Shown: in pieces, positions 37,351-51,079 of the stretch | Position numbering within the stretch: the first letter of the stretch is position 1 | Layout: each line of letters starts with the position of its first letter | Source: Octopus bimaculoides | Lineage: Eukaryota | Reading direction: 5' to 3' | Assembly (NCBI RefSeq): GCF_001194135.2 | Contig: NC_068984.1 | Coordinates: 65,806,211 to 65,870,210 of the forward strand | Length of the DNA: 64,000 nucleotides | Translations under genes and position numbers: made by a program | Notes under the pieces: model-generated | What the model was told of the DNA's origin: nothing | The model's database searches: none | What the model saw: the letters and a program-made list of their open reading frames with translations, nothing else

Positions 37351-39269
37351 TTTATGAAGATAAATGTCTCTAAGATTCAGATGTTCATATTTTCACAGCT
37401 AAAAGAAGTACTTTAAATGTATTTCACTAACATGTATTGTTATATGATACAGGTGCAGAGAGTTCATAAAAAAGTATTTGATACAGGATACTTTTGATTG
37501 CTAATTTTTATACTGTCCTTTTTAGCACTTTTTAACAAAACAAAATTGGCGAGGCATTGCCTTAAAAAAAATGAGGGCACAAAAAACTAAATTGTGACTT
37601 TGTATAGACCTGACAGAGTTCATTTGATCACATATTTGGCAAAGATTTTATATCTCTTGCTAGTGCTACCATGATAAGCTACTTCAAGTAAGCAGGGCTT
37701 GTAAATTTCACATCTGACATCAAGGAATAAAGATTTGCGACAATGGGATTTCCATATTAACCTCTTTCAATTAAAGATCACAAAAAAAAAAGTCCCGGTT
37801 GAAGGATTCGGAGAATTTAAGCCTTTTTATCAGAAATGTGGATTAAAGAAAATGCCTAAATCAGTCTTCAACAATACGGTATTAATAACACACATGTATG
37901 CGTGCACACATGTATGCATGCACACATGCACATGCACAAACACACATACACGCAAAGAAATACATGATACAAACAAGTACACTGTAAGAAAACAAGCTAA
38001 TAACAGAACTTCTATCTGGTCACTCAACTGGCATGAAATAGCAACCAAACCTACCTCAAATAATACCTTACGGTTTAAAACTCAAAACAGGATAGACATA
38101 ACTGGAAAATTTTTAGATTATAAGTCTATTCAATCAGTGCTAACCTGGGTTAAACAACATTATATACACTTATTGTTATATAACTCTATGTATAAGACTT
38201 CTATGAGTCATGCTGCAGGTTCACTGTTTAGTGAGTTATTATTAGCATATAACTGAACATCAAACTATTTTCTTGAGACAAACTTTGAAATATGAATGTT
38301 AGTTATTCTATGAGGTGATTTTAAAATAGCCTATTAATCTTTGAACTTCTCTATTCTTAAGGTGATTGCATAATTCTTTCTGAAAAGTGGAGATAAAATA
38401 TTGTGTATTGCAAAGAGCAGTTATTTTCATGTTGCATTTTTTAAGACCATGAATCAAGGGAAGCCTATTAAAAGACAGGCTTCTCAAATAAAAATCATTC
38501 TTTAATTGCAATTTAGAATCCAATATTTCATTTCTTTTGCGATTGGCTTGGTGTTTGTTTATCTCAAAGAAAAATAATAAAAGATTTTTTGCAGAAATAA
38601 TCCCATTAAAGAGACCAATTATTGAAATGATGACATGGGCTTTAAAATAATGACACAAATTTATAGATTTTTTTTAGTATTATATTACATTTTATATCAA
38701 TTTTATGGAAAAGTTGCAAACAGAAAAAAAAATACAATTTAAACTCATAATTTGTCATTATAGTCAAAATGTAACATAGTAAAGAAGATATTGATTTCTA
38801 GTAACAGAGAGAAAACTTGATCAATCCAACAGCAAAATTACAAATTATTTCTAAACTAATCTAAACATGCCATAAAAATGGCATTTCAATTCAGTTTTCA
38901 TTTTTAAATTAAATATTTATAAATAATATTAAGTCACTAAAAATATTTGCTAACTATTAAAGCTTCATTAGTTATAAATTGGTCAGATAGCTGGTCAAAG
39001 TTCTGCCACTTCTGAGGTGAAAATACTTACAAATGTCTCTGACTCATTTAAGACAGCTAAAAAAAAGTATCAAATGCTATCCTTGTAGGTGTGTACTTCC
39101 ACATCCCTTACCCAACAAAAACCTCAAATGCACAAATCTCACATAGGTTGTTCACAACACTGCAGCCAATAACTATAACAAAAACTGTGAAATATTTACT
39201 CCACACAATAATATCCTGACTAGCATAAAAGCAAAGAGCTCTTTAATGAATTACCTGAACAACATTCAA

Positions 39270-39549
39270 GCGAGGTTGTTGCCAGTGCTACTGGACTGGC
39301 TCCTGTGCAGGTGGCACGTAAAAAACACCATTTGAGTGTGGCCGTTGCCAGTACCACCTGACTGGCCCTCATTCCAGTGGCACGTGAAAGCACCCATTAC
39401 ATTCTTGGAGTAGTTGGCATTAGGAAGTGCATCCAGCTGTAGAAACTCTGCCAGATCAGATTGGAGCCTGGTGCAGCCAACTTGGCTTGCCAGTCCTCAG
39501 TCAAACCATCCAACCCATGCCAGCATGGAAAGTGGATGTTAAACGATGA
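39270..39549 (+). mobile_element. Family B RTE 3' end, older copy
   Basis: Two internal ggcacgtaaaa units, taggaagtgcatccagctgtagaaac, tail gttaaacgatga. Confidence 0.85.
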
Positions 39550-40080
39550 ATGACAAACCAGCTTCCTGATATTCCACATTGCATGTTCCATGTTCATGTC
39601 TCTTGTCAAGATAATCCCTATAAGTTAATTGTCCTGCTCGCAAATCCCCATCTAAGATTGCTATATAAGTAATACTCATGTAGATAAAGCCACATTTCAC
39701 TCCCAATCCCAACTACATACTGCACATTTAAAACGCCATTCCTTACTCAACCATCACACCATCACATGTACATAACTACCAGATTCAAGCATTTCTTAGA
39801 TCAATCCAAAAACAAAAATCATTGTTTCTTACAATGTACATATACTCAAACAATGTGCTCCTGAAATGCTTTCTGTTACTATCAAAGTTAAGCTGAAAAC
39901 TACCTGGATTATTTAGACAAGAATATACTTCAATAATAGACAAGATAAGAGAACAGATAAAAATCATTTTCTTCCTTGAAACAGCTTATTTTCAGTAAGA
40001 AGTACATTTTTCAAAAGGTTTGATAGTTAATTTGGAGTAAAAAAAAATGTTTTAGTAATTACAATACTGTGCAATGGATA

Positions 40081-40081
<1 letters not shown>

Positions 40082-40154
<73 letters not shown>

Positions 40155-40168
40155 ATAATAATAATAAT
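40082..40168. repeat. (AAT)n microsatellite (tail of the adjacent family A SINE)
   Basis: Directly visible. Confidence 0.95.
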
Positions 40169-40169
40169 T

Positions 40170-40345
40170 TTTTTATAATAGATACAAAGCCTGGAGTTTT
40201 TTAGGGTGGGGCTAATCATTTACATCAACCGCAGTGCTCAATTGGTACTTATTTTATCAACCTTGAAAAGAAGGCACATTTTGGCTAAATTTGAACTCAG
40301 GATAAAAAGCCAAAAGAAATGCCAATAAACATTTTGTCTAGTGTG
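40170..40345 (-). mobile_element. Family A SINE, degenerate
   Basis: ggtacttattttatcaacc...tttgaactcag. Confidence 0.7.
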
Positions 40346-40389
40346 GTTGGTAAGAGTGAAGCTAAATAATAAACTAATAAATAATAAGG

Positions 40390-40730
40390 TGACATAACCA
40401 TTGATATTTTTACTGGGTCACCAACACTTTGGGCTTCCAATCAAGTCTAAAGAGGGTCTCACTCCCTAGAAGATGGATGAAAACTGATAAAATTTAGAAA
40501 TATTATGATCTAGTGATGGAAAAATTATGAAACACAAGAGTGAATATTGTTTCTGCAGTAATTATGGCACAACACCCAAACTACTATCTAAGACATCAAA
40601 CGATATTGGAAGTGAGGCACATTACTGACTTGCAGAAAAGTAGCATCCAGTATTCTGCAAAAATCTTAACAAAAGTTCTTGAGTTGTAAGAATTGTCACC
40701 AAACCTTAGCATAATATCTCTGTTCACTAA
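40390..40730 (+). mobile_element. R4/Dong-type LINE 3' fragment
   Basis: Reads ITDLQKSSIQYSAKILTKVL; homologous to LQK...GTARILHKV. Confidence 0.6.
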
Positions 40731-42540
40731 ACAGTAAAAGCTTTTGTTTAATAATAATGATGATATAAACAAATTTTCTGAAGACTTCTATGATATTGGT
40801 CAAATAAATAATGTGATATTACTTTGCTAAATAACATATTAATATCTTAATATTTCAATGTTTAAATGCATATTGACATATAACAGAGCTGATTATAACC
40901 ACAAACTAAAATTTCACACGATATTAAATACAAGTAGAAATTACTATAAACTATTTTCGAAGCATTAATTTTCTGCTTTCACCCTAAAAAGAAAATACAA
41001 TGATTAAATGGATAAATAAACAATGATGTATTTAGGTATTCAAGAAAAGAAAACTATTTACATAGTTTCTTACTGGCCTTTTCCTATCAGATATTTTAGA
41101 GTTTCCTTGATATAATTAGAAAATCTATTTTTTGTCATTTCCATTTCTTTTTTTTACTTCTTTCTTGGTTGTTGTAAATGATTTGATTTGTTTACAAGTG
41201 ATATAACATCTACAAATCAGTCAGGCAAACACAATTAAGTAAGCAACATAACAACTATTTCAGGAAATAGGTTGTTAGTCCCATGATTATTGCCTTTGAA
41301 TGGTGACCAAAGTAATTATAAATCAGGTTTATAGGAATTATATGTGACTATGAAGACCATATAATTTAAGAAGAACTATTTGTAATAAAAGTCATTCCAA
41401 GAAAAGTTCTTTTCATTGCTGTTATCCAATATATGAGAGGATTCATTTAATCTGATCTTAGATTCACAATGGTATCATATTACTTGCTTATAATTATCTT
41501 GGCTTATTATGTTTAATAAAGAAACCATATATGATTATATGATTATCTGATATTTTTATGACTGATATAATTGGTATACCACCTTCTGTTCTATAACAAC
41601 TTTCAGCAAATAGTGTTTGCCAATGTAATATTTCAAAGTTAATTAAACTATATTGTTGGTAAATGATTATTTGAAATTTCAATCTCAAGTTTTTTCCGCA
41701 CAATATTTACAGTATAATATGAATTAACACTTTCGTATGAAGTTATTTTAAGGAATGAAAACTCATATAAGCCAGAATAAGTTATATTAATAATATTTTC
41801 TGCAATTCAGTACACACACATACATTTAAAAATACAGACATAATACGTTAATATTTTTCTGTTTCCTATATGCACAAGTAGAAAACCTGTCTTGCTAGAA
41901 TTATCAGCTTTAGCATCAAAATGTATCGATTCAATTTGGAACAACTTAAGAAAGAAAATCTAGAAGAAAAAAAAGACATGTTTTTTTTTTATATCTGCTT
42001 TTTTTTTTGTTTTTGCTTGCTTTCTTATGGAGGGAAATGAGATTTGATGTCCTTTTTCCTTTACCCAAAGGCATTAATAATATAACCAAAGCAAAATGAT
42101 TTCAACTGGGAATAAAAACTAGGTTACAAACTTGGCATCCTTAGAGAATAACAATAAAATAATGATTCCTTACACAAGTTTGAAAAGAGAAGTACAGTCA
42201 ATTGAATCAATCCTCTGCATGACTAGTACTTATTGTATCAGCTCTAGAGAGATAAAAATCAAAGAGAAGATTTTTAACTTAAAATGTAGAGAAACAAAAA
42301 TAAATACCTATTGTGTAGAATGTGCACCCTAAAATATTTAAAGTGCAACACATTTGATAAGAGCGGGGAATAGAGTAGAACTATGAATATAGAAATATAA
42401 AGAAATATAACAGAATGTATGAATGTCTTGTAAATTAACAACCAAGAATTATGTGGAAAGCATAAATAAGGAGGGAAAGACAAATGTTATTAACACCAAC
42501 ATTCTAATACAATTAAGTGTAAGAAAATCTGAATATTGTA

Positions 42541-42571
<31 letters not shown>

Positions 42572-43046
42572 AAGACAGACAGACAGATTGAGATGATATT
42601 GTTGCAAAAAACCCCACATATATATAGAGTATGTTGAAGGTGCAATAGCTTAGGACACTAGAAATAGGAACCAAGAACAAAAAATGTATTGATGAAGGCA
42701 AGCCAAATAGAGAAGAATGTACTTAGACTTTGCAATGTTCCTCACAATGCTGCCTTTTTTACCATATGGTACTACATAAAAATAAAACTTCCTTCTTACT
42801 CACAGAATTCTGAGGAACAAGTTTAATAGTGGACTAGCTGACAGCCATATCTGTCCTACACACAAGAGCAATTGTTCAACAACATAACTCCACATAATGG
42901 CAATGTAAAGATATTAAACAAAAGCATACATAATGGCTTCCATTTTGAAAAAGTCAACAGTTTAGGTACCAGGAAATGAGATGATCTCAAATTTCAGGTT
43001 AAAGTATTAAACAGAAACAAAGTGAAAGCAGTATATTTAGCAAGAT

Positions 43047-43497
43047 ACTGGCCAATGCAAGTGTCACATAACTGGCACCCAATCTAGTGACACGTAAAAT
43101 GCACCTTTTGAGCGTTGGGCCTCCCAGAAGCAATGTGGCTGATGCTGGTGTTGTGTAACTAGCACTTGTGCCAGTGGCACATTAAAAGCATGGAGGCAAT
43201 GACAAATGACAGAGAGCTTTGGCAATATGTCGTGCTTGAAAAAAGACCTATCAAGCCAAGTGAAATCATTGTTGTGGCAAATACTGGTGTCATTCAATTG
43301 GCACCTGTGCTGGCAGCATATAAAAGCACCCATTATACTCTTGGAATGGCTGGCATTAGGAAGGGCATCTAGCTGTAGAGACCATGTGAAATCAGACTGG
43401 ATCCTTGTGCAGCCCCTCAGCTTACCAGCTCTGGTCATACCATCCAACCAGTGCCAGCATGGACAATGGATATATGATGATGATGATGATGATGATA
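43047..43497 (+). mobile_element. Family B element including RTE C-terminal peptide
   Basis: EAMTNDRELWQYVVLEK (ORF 43166-43372) contiguous with the aggaagggcatc core and (GAT)n tail. Confidence 0.8.
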
Positions 43498-43559
43498 CTG
43501 ACAGAGCTAGAGTAAAAATATAATTGGCTTACAGAGGAGGAAACCAAGTTAAACAAGAA

Positions 43560-45189
43560 GACTAATAATGGAATAGCAAAATCTAAAAACTACAACCCCT
43601 AAACCTACCTTCCTACAGTCAACAAAGCCTTAACCGTAGAAGCAGTAAGGAAAATAAATAAACATATAGAAAAAGTTACAGCTTAGCTTTCACTGCAATG
43701 ATGTCTTGGATGATAATTAAACATTTAAGAAATACAATCTGTATCCAAAAATCAGAAAGGATGCAGCAAGGACTTATCTAGATGTAAAGATTAATTGCTC
43801 ATCAACAAGAGGCATAAGCTTAGACTATAGAGGAAGAGAAAATATCTAAACATGGTATGGATTGGCAACCACAGAAGTTTTTAATATTTTTCTCCACACA
43901 TGGATCCTGGAAACACTAAGCAAGAGTAGGGTAGTACCAATAATGCCAGGAGTAACAGCCAAACAATTCTGCAGATACAGCCAAAAAGAGAGAGGTATTA
44001 AAATTAATCCCATTTCTTTCATGTTTGGACTCAATGCTGTTAGTCAACATGGACTGGACAAATGTAAATGTTAAGGGAGGACAATCAATCATTTGCTGCA
44101 CAGAAGAGCTCACATTCTATGATGAAGATGATATAAACAACTAGAAACACTGCATAGATAATAAACAAATTTGCTAGAGAATATGCTATTAAAGAAAGAA
44201 CAATTAATTAAAAATAACTAATATCATACGAGATAAAAAAAAACAAAGATGAAAAAATTACAATATATACAGACTTACAAATATTTGGGAATTAACTAGA
44301 TAGAATACTATAGATGCTGATGAAAGAAATGGTTAGGAAGGAATATTACAGTTGCATTAAAACAGAGCTAAGCAAAAAATTAAGTAATATGCCTCAATAC
44401 TTTATTCCAGTAATAAGTTATATAATATAATATAGTACTTTACGTAATAAATGTATTAGTAAGATGAGATGGAAAAAAAAACAAAAGTACATTTTAGAAT
44501 ACATCATTCAAAATCCAACACAGAAAGATTGTATCTACCATGAACACAGAGAAGTTTGGATTTTATTCAATTAGAAAATCAACTGAAGGATTAGAAACAA
44601 AGCTGAAGCAAAATGGAAAACAAAAACAATTGAAAAACTAAAACGAATAGCTACATTATGTGAATGAAGAAAAAAAACCTGATTTTATTCTACAAGGAAG
44701 CCCACAAATATAAAAGAGATGATAAAATGGTAACAGTTGAGAAAAGAGAAACAACAAGCATTGTGAAAAAGCAAAAGCATAAATAAATAAAATAACTAGT
44801 ATGTCAAAAAATTATTTCTAGAGCACTAAAACCCCGTCAAAAAAAACATGAACAGGGTACAAGTAAACAGAAAAATCACAGCATTGGGCCATAATAAACA
44901 GGACTCAAAGTTGAGACACAAGATAAAAAGTTATCCAGCAAAAACTACCAGAGCATATAAGGAAGTAGAATTCATTAACTGCTGAATATGTGGAGGTTGG
45001 GAAGAAACAACCAACCACACTGTCTTTGTCAGCCAAAAGACAATAAATCTACAGGTATGACAAAGTCAGAGCTTTCATACAATGGAAATTATGCCAACAT
45101 TATAATATATTAAAGAAAAGATGTGATTTAAATATCTACCTGAAAAGATGTCTTAGAATGGCAAAAAAAGTACACATTTGAACACACTA

Positions 45190-45224
<35 letters not shown>

Positions 45225-45460
45225 AAGATGGAAAATAATTCACTTGCTAGTGTTATTAAGAACCATATGAAAGGAAATGCCATCTTATTGAGGTATTAGC
45301 ACCAATAGACACATGGTTCCCTACAACAGATACAGGGATTAAACTAATATAAAGATTTGAAAATAGACAAAGCCAGAATAAACTGCTTTTATCATAACAG
45401 ATGCCTTAGGAATGATGAAAAAGACATGCAGAAAAAATACTCATCTAAAAACAAAAACAG
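43560..45460 (+). mobile_element. Long decayed R4/Dong-type LINE (RT to endonuclease)
   Basis: Frameshifted motifs NQKGC, NMVWI, HTWILETL, INHLL, IPVISY, CGGWEETTNH; interrupted by (AC)n at about 45195. Confidence 0.7.
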
Positions 45461-45769
45461 TACTCACTAATATAAGCATTATACATTACTGTAAAAACAT
45501 TGATATTTAACTTAAATATACACACAGGTACATTTCAGAAAATAGTATTACTAACATCTGTTACTATTAAGGTATTCTTACACAACTTATGTTACTGTCT
45601 AGCATTTTTATACATATTCCCAGATGTATTTAGTGCATTTTTAATATAAGGAAAATTATGATGTATTTCTGAAGTCCTGTATGATAAAAATAACATTAAT
45701 GGAAAAACATATGAAAGTAACCTTGAATACAAGATAACTAAACAGTTTACATAAGATAAGGATTTAATT

Positions 45770-46560
45770 CAAAATTAATGCCTTACAGTAAAATAAAAAT
45801 AAATGAAACTTTAGACAGGAACAGTGTAAATGCAAAAAATTGATTCTTAAAATACAGTGGAATGCACTACGTATCAATACTCAAGCTATTCCAGTAATAA
45901 GTTATAAAATGCTCAACTGGAAGCTATGTAAATTAGCAAAGAAAATAAAGTTAGCATTGGAACACACTATCCAAATGCCACATGAGAAGTATACACTTAG
46001 CAGGATCACAGGGAGGAAAGGCTCTTCTGAAACTAGAAAAATATAGGCAAGTATCTACTGTAGAACAACAAAAGTATCTAATAAAGGATAAAGCAGCATG
46101 GCTGAGGATCTCAAACTAGTATATACAACAGATAAAAAAATTATTAAAAAAAACTATTTTCAAAGACAGAGAAGTTAACAAATATAGAAGTGAGGTTGAG
46201 TAAATATATATCTGTACAGCTGCAGAAAAGATGCAGAAGCGACAGAAACAATTGATGATTTAAATGTTAAACTAAAATGGGATTTTAAAATGCCATACAA
46301 AGACGTTGACATGAAAATACTTTACATGGATAATACCCAAAAAGAGTAAGCCAAGCAGAACAGGATAAAGAGTATACCAGATACAATGAAGACATATAGT
46401 GAAGGAGAGTATAAAATGTGACTTAGGAAAATATGAAAGCTAAGAAGAAACAATAAGCCACAACATTATGTGTACCCTGACTGAAAAGAGGGTGCATATG
46501 TGTGAAGTGAAGTTCGGAATCACACATCAATGCCTGCATTTATTATATTTTAGATGTACC
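45770..46560 (+). mobile_element. Second decayed R4/Dong RT-region copy
   Basis: ORF 45840-46046 LILKIQWNA..INTQAIPVISYKMLNWKL; paralogous to about 44330-44700. Confidence 0.65.
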
Positions 46561-46649
46561 TTTCTAAAACAAAAACCAAAAACGAAAATATTACACAATA
46601 GTAATAATAATAATAATAATGGTGATGATGATTAAAATAATAATAATAA

Positions 46650-47102
46650 TCCTGTCTACAATAGGCATAAGGCTTGGAATTTTGGGTGAAATTACATTGA
46701 CTTCCAGACTTGCCAGGAAATTATTTTATCAGCTCAATGCCGTAAAGATGAAAGGCAAAGTCGAACTCTGCAGAGTTAGAACATAGAGACAGACAAATTG
46801 CCACTAAGCAATGTGCCCAGCATGCTAACAATTCTGCCAGCCTGCTATCTTCATAATAATAAAAATAACAACAATAATTCTTTCTAATCTTGGCATAAGG
46901 CTAGGGATTTTAAGACTAGGAGCAAGTCAATTACGACAGCACAGGTACATGACTGGTACTTTATTTTATCAAGACCAAGAGAATGAAAGACAAAGTTAAC
47001 CTCGGTGAGATCTGAGCTTAGAACATAAAATGCCAAAAAAATGCATTTGGTTTGCAGGCTAATGATTCTATTAGCTCACTGCCTAGTAGTAGTAGTAGTA
47101 GC

Positions 47103-47147
<45 letters not shown>

Positions 47148-47313
47148 TTCAAATTCCGGCACAAGGCCACCAATTGATGAGTGCTCAACTGGTCACTTAT
47201 TGTATCAACCCCAAAAGTTGACCTCAGCAGAATTTGAATTCCGAAGGTAAAGATGGACAAAATGTCACTAAGCATTTTACCCAGCATGCAAACAATTCTG
47301 CTAGCTTGCCACT

Positions 47314-47315
<2 letters not shown>
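46650..47315 (-). mobile_element. Three tandem family A SINEs (46650-46851, 46877-47084, 47144-47315)
   Basis: Each ends in ttctgccagc/ttagctcactgcct (reverse-complement head); spacers (AAT)n and (AGT)n. Confidence 0.85.
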
Positions 47316-47358
<43 letters not shown>

Positions 47359-47489
47359 TTAATAATAATAATAAAAATAATCAAAAATCATCAAGTAGAA
47401 AAATGCCTACTAATCGACGTATCAATACCAAACAGATGATAATGCTTCTCTAAATGAAACAAAGAAACTTTCAAAATACAAAGAAATAG

Positions 47490-47765
47490 AGGTAACTCAA
47501 ATGTGATGCCTAAAAACAGAAACAATTCCTATAATAGTAGGCACATTAGGTATGATAAAAGAAATATTCAGACAAATACTTAACAAAAACACCAGGACTA
47601 ACAAGTATATATAACATACAGAAAATAACACTACTAGGCACCACACACATCCAATACAGTACAAATAAGAGCACCACAACAAACCACTGCACATACACAA
47701 GGCACACAGAGCTGCGCTGGATAGTGCAGTGAAAGCACGTCATAAAGATAAAGCTACTGAATGAT
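47490..47765 (+). mobile_element. R4/Dong LINE 3' end (second subfamily)
   Basis: KTETIPIIVGTLGMIK...NIQKITLLGTTHI plus a 3' UTR shared with 49184-49420. Confidence 0.85.
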
Positions 47766-47769
47766 AATA

Positions 47770-47971
47770 TTCTTTTCTGTTATAAGGCACAAGGCCTGAA
47801 ATTTGGCAGGAGGGGTTTAGTCAATTATATCGACCTCAGTGTTTTACGGGTACTCAATTTATCGATCCTGAAAGTATGAAAGGTGGAATTTGAGCTCAGA
47901 ACATGGCGACAGGTGAAATACCACTAAGCATTTCATCCAGTGTGCTAACGATTCTGCCAACTCACAACCTT
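47770..47971 (-). mobile_element. Family A SINE
   Basis: Tail, core (tactcaatttatcgatcc) and head attctgccaactcacaacctt. Confidence 0.85.
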
Positions 47972-47999
47972 AATAATAATAATAATAATAATAATAATA

Positions 48000-48420
48000 T
48001 CATGCAACAAATCACAAATGTTGGAAGTAAAGAACACTGCATCTGGCTCACAGACAGGAACTTGAAATGAGAGACCAAAACACTAATTATAGCTGCTCGG
48101 GATTTGGCCATTAGAGCAAATCTCATAAAGGCAATGATTGACAAAACCCAGTCAGAAAGCAAATGTAGAATCTGCAGGAAAGGAAATGAAAATATCAATC
48201 ACCTTTTGAGTGAGTGCAGTATACTAACACAGAAGGAGTACAGGTCCAAGCATAATTGTGTAGACAAAAGAGTGGGACGTTAGCCGAGTGTGTGGCTTTA
48301 AAATAACAGAAAAGATTATATGAACACAAACTGCAGGCTGTTATATAATGTGAAAAGTTATCGGATTCTGTGGGACTTCCCCATAAAAGACTAGCCATAC
48401 TACTTAAGCAAGAAGGCCAG
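48000..48420 (+). mobile_element. R4/Dong LINE, 5'-truncated, running into a gap
   Basis: LIIAARDLAIRAN...SKCRICRKGNENINHLLSEC (CCHC zinc knuckle), then ILWDFP; starts directly after (TAA)n. Confidence 0.85.
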
Positions 48421-49183
48421 NNNNNNNNNNNNNNNNNNNNNNNNNNNNNNNNNNNNNNNNNNNNNNNNNNNNNNNNNNNNNNNNNNNNNNNNNNNNNNNN
48501 NNNNNNNNNNNNNNNNNNNNNNNNNNNNNNNNNNNNNNNNNNNNNNNNNNNNNNNNNNNNNNNNNNNNNNNNNNNNNNNNNNNNNNNNNNNNNNNNNNNN
48601 NNNNNNNNNNNNNNNNNNNNNNNNNNNNNNNNNNNNNNNNNNNNNNNNNNNNNNNNNNNNNNNNNNNNNNNNNNNNNNNNNNNNNNNNNNNNNNNNNNNN
48701 NNNNNNNNNNNNNNNNNNNNNNNNNNNNNNNNNNNNNNNNNNNNNNNNNNNNNNNNNNNNNNNNNNNNNNNNNNNNNNNNNNNNNNNNNNNNNNNNNNNN
48801 NNNNNNNNNNNNNNNNNNNNNNNNNNNNNNNNNNNNNNNNNNNNNNNNNNNNNNNNNNNNNNNNNNNNNNNNNNNNNNNNNNNNNNNNNNNNNNNNNNNN
48901 NNNNNNNNNNNNNNNNNNNNNNNNNNNNNNNNNNNNNNNNNNNNNNNNNNNNNNNNNNNNNNNNNNNNNNNNNNNNNNNNNNNNNNNNNNNNNNNNNNNN
49001 NNNNNNNNNNNNNNNNNNNNNNNNNNNNNNNNNNNNNNNNNNNNNNNNNNNNNNNNNNNNNNNNNNNNNNNNNNNNNNNNNNNNNNNNNNNNNNNNNNNN
49101 NNNNNNNNNNNNNNNNNNNNNNNNNNNNNNNNNNNNNNNNNNNNNNNNNNNNNNNNNNNNNNNNNNNNNNNNNNNNNNNNNNA

Positions 49184-49420
49184 GGTGCCTTAGGTATAAT
49201 AAAAAAATATTCAGACAAATACATAACAAAAACACCAGGACTTACAAATATATATAACATACAGAAAATTGCACTACTGGGCACTTCACACATCCTACGC
49301 AAAACACTTTCAATACAGTAACCATAAGAGCACCACAGCAAACCACAGCACATACCCAAGGCGCACAGAGCTGCGCTCGGTAGTGAAGTGAAAGCACATT
49401 ATAAAAATAAAACTACTGAA
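49184..49420 (+). mobile_element. R4/Dong LINE 3' end
   Basis: LGIIKKYSDKYITKTPGLTNIYNIQKIALLGTSHILRKTLSIQ-stop, 3' UTR, (AAT)n tail. Confidence 0.9.
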
Positions 49421-49659
49421 CCATAATAATAATAATAATAATTCTTTCTAATTTAAGGACAAGGCCAGCAGTTTTGAGGAGAGGAGCAAGTTGATTACAC
49501 CAACCTAATAATAATGATGATGATTAATGAGTGTCAAATTGTAAAATATCTAATCTATTAATAATTAAATTATGAAATCAAAGCAAATATTATGGATTTG
49601 CACTCAAATTATATCTAAATAAAATTGTTTCATATATCTTTTTTATGTGTACTGTCAAG

Positions 49660-49830
49660 TCGGTGCAGTAAAGAAGTCAGTTTTATAGCAACATGGCTCT
49701 GAGTTCCATCCCAGTCAACTTTACTGCTTGTCATTCTCCAAAGCCAAAAGTAAGTACAAGACAATGTGCCAGGGTTGATATAATTGACTTTAACCTTTGA
49801 AGGTGTTACCACTGCATGGCTACAGTCCAA
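49660..49830 (+). mobile_element. Degenerate family C-like SINE pieces
   Basis: caacatggctctgagttccatcc head remnant; actgcatggctacagtcc tail remnant. Confidence 0.4.
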
Positions 49831-51079
49831 TAAAACAATAAATGAATTCTTTCAACTGTTAGATTTAAATATGGTCAAGAACTACAAATCATATTGCAGA
49901 AAATTAATGACAGCCACACATGCCATGAAAAAACACAATGAAAATATATTCTCATACATCAAACATATTTACAAATATTGTTCGAGATTAAACCACAGTA
50001 CAGTATACAGAACCAGAAGCTAATAAATACATTATATAACAATAATTAAAATACAAACATAAAAAGAAAATCAGAAAAGTTTAATGCTGAACTGACAATG
50101 ATTTCAGAAAGTGGAAAAAAGAAAAAAACAGGTGGAAATAGAGAAAAAGAAACTAAAAAGCAATAATCTGAGAATTGTTTAAAAATGGAAAAAAAAAAAA
50201 AAAAAAGAATTGCAAAGACCAGATGGAAATAAAGTGAAACAGAAGAAAATTCTGAGGTTGAATAGAATATTGAAAAGTTATCAACAGACAACATCACAGA
50301 CATTTGACATCTGATTTGTTCAGNNNNNNNNNNNNNNNNNNNNNNNNNNNNNNNNNNNNNNNNNNNNNNNNNNNNNNNNNNNNNNNNNNNNNNNNNNNNN
50401 NNNNNNNNNNNNNNNNNNNNNNNNNNNNNNNNNNNNNNNNNNNNNNNNNNNNNNNNNNNNNNNNNNNNNNNNNNNNNNNNNNNNNNNNNNNNNNNNNNNN
50501 NNNNNNNNNNNNNNNNNNNNNNNNNNNNNNNNNNNNNNNNNNNNNNNNNNNNNNNNNNNNNNNNNNNNNNNNNNNNNNNNNNNNNNNNNNNNNNNNNNNN
50601 NNNNNNNNNNNNNNNNNNNNNNNNNNNNNNNNNNNNNNNNNNNNNNNNNNNNNNNNNNNNNNNNNNNNNNNNNNNNNNNNNNNNNNNNNNNNNNNNNNNN
50701 NNNNNNNNNNNNNNNNNNNNNNNNNNNNNNNNNNNNNNNNNNNNNNNNNNNNNNNNNNNNNNNNNNNNNNNNNNNNNNNNNNNNNGAGAGAGAGTGAGAG
50801 TGAGAGAGAGAGAGAGAGTGAGAGTGAGAGAGAGAGAGAGAGACGGGGAAGAAGAGGAGGAGGGGACAGAGGAAGGAAACAATATCTGTGGGCTGGAAAC
50901 TGCAGGGTTAGTGACCTACTTTATGCCATTCAGTCAAGTATCCCTTTTCAGGATGCTTAAGTGTATCACACCAGAATGATATGAGAACCAGATTGCATTG
51001 AAATCCTCAACTGAATTTTGAAGTTTAAATAGTTTCTGGCTGAGAAAAGAAGATGTACATTTCTTATGTAGTTTTAGCT

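Noticed and set aside
39031-39157. Two adjacent minus-strand micro-exon candidates (VVNNLCEICAFEVLL / VLNESETF)
   Set aside because: The implied intron is only about 55 nt and the peptide is unrecognised.
5640-49420. All Dong/R4 fragments on the plus strand as evidence for a minus-strand host gene
   Set aside because: A minus-strand fragment exists at 5640-5880, and clustered copies are not independent.
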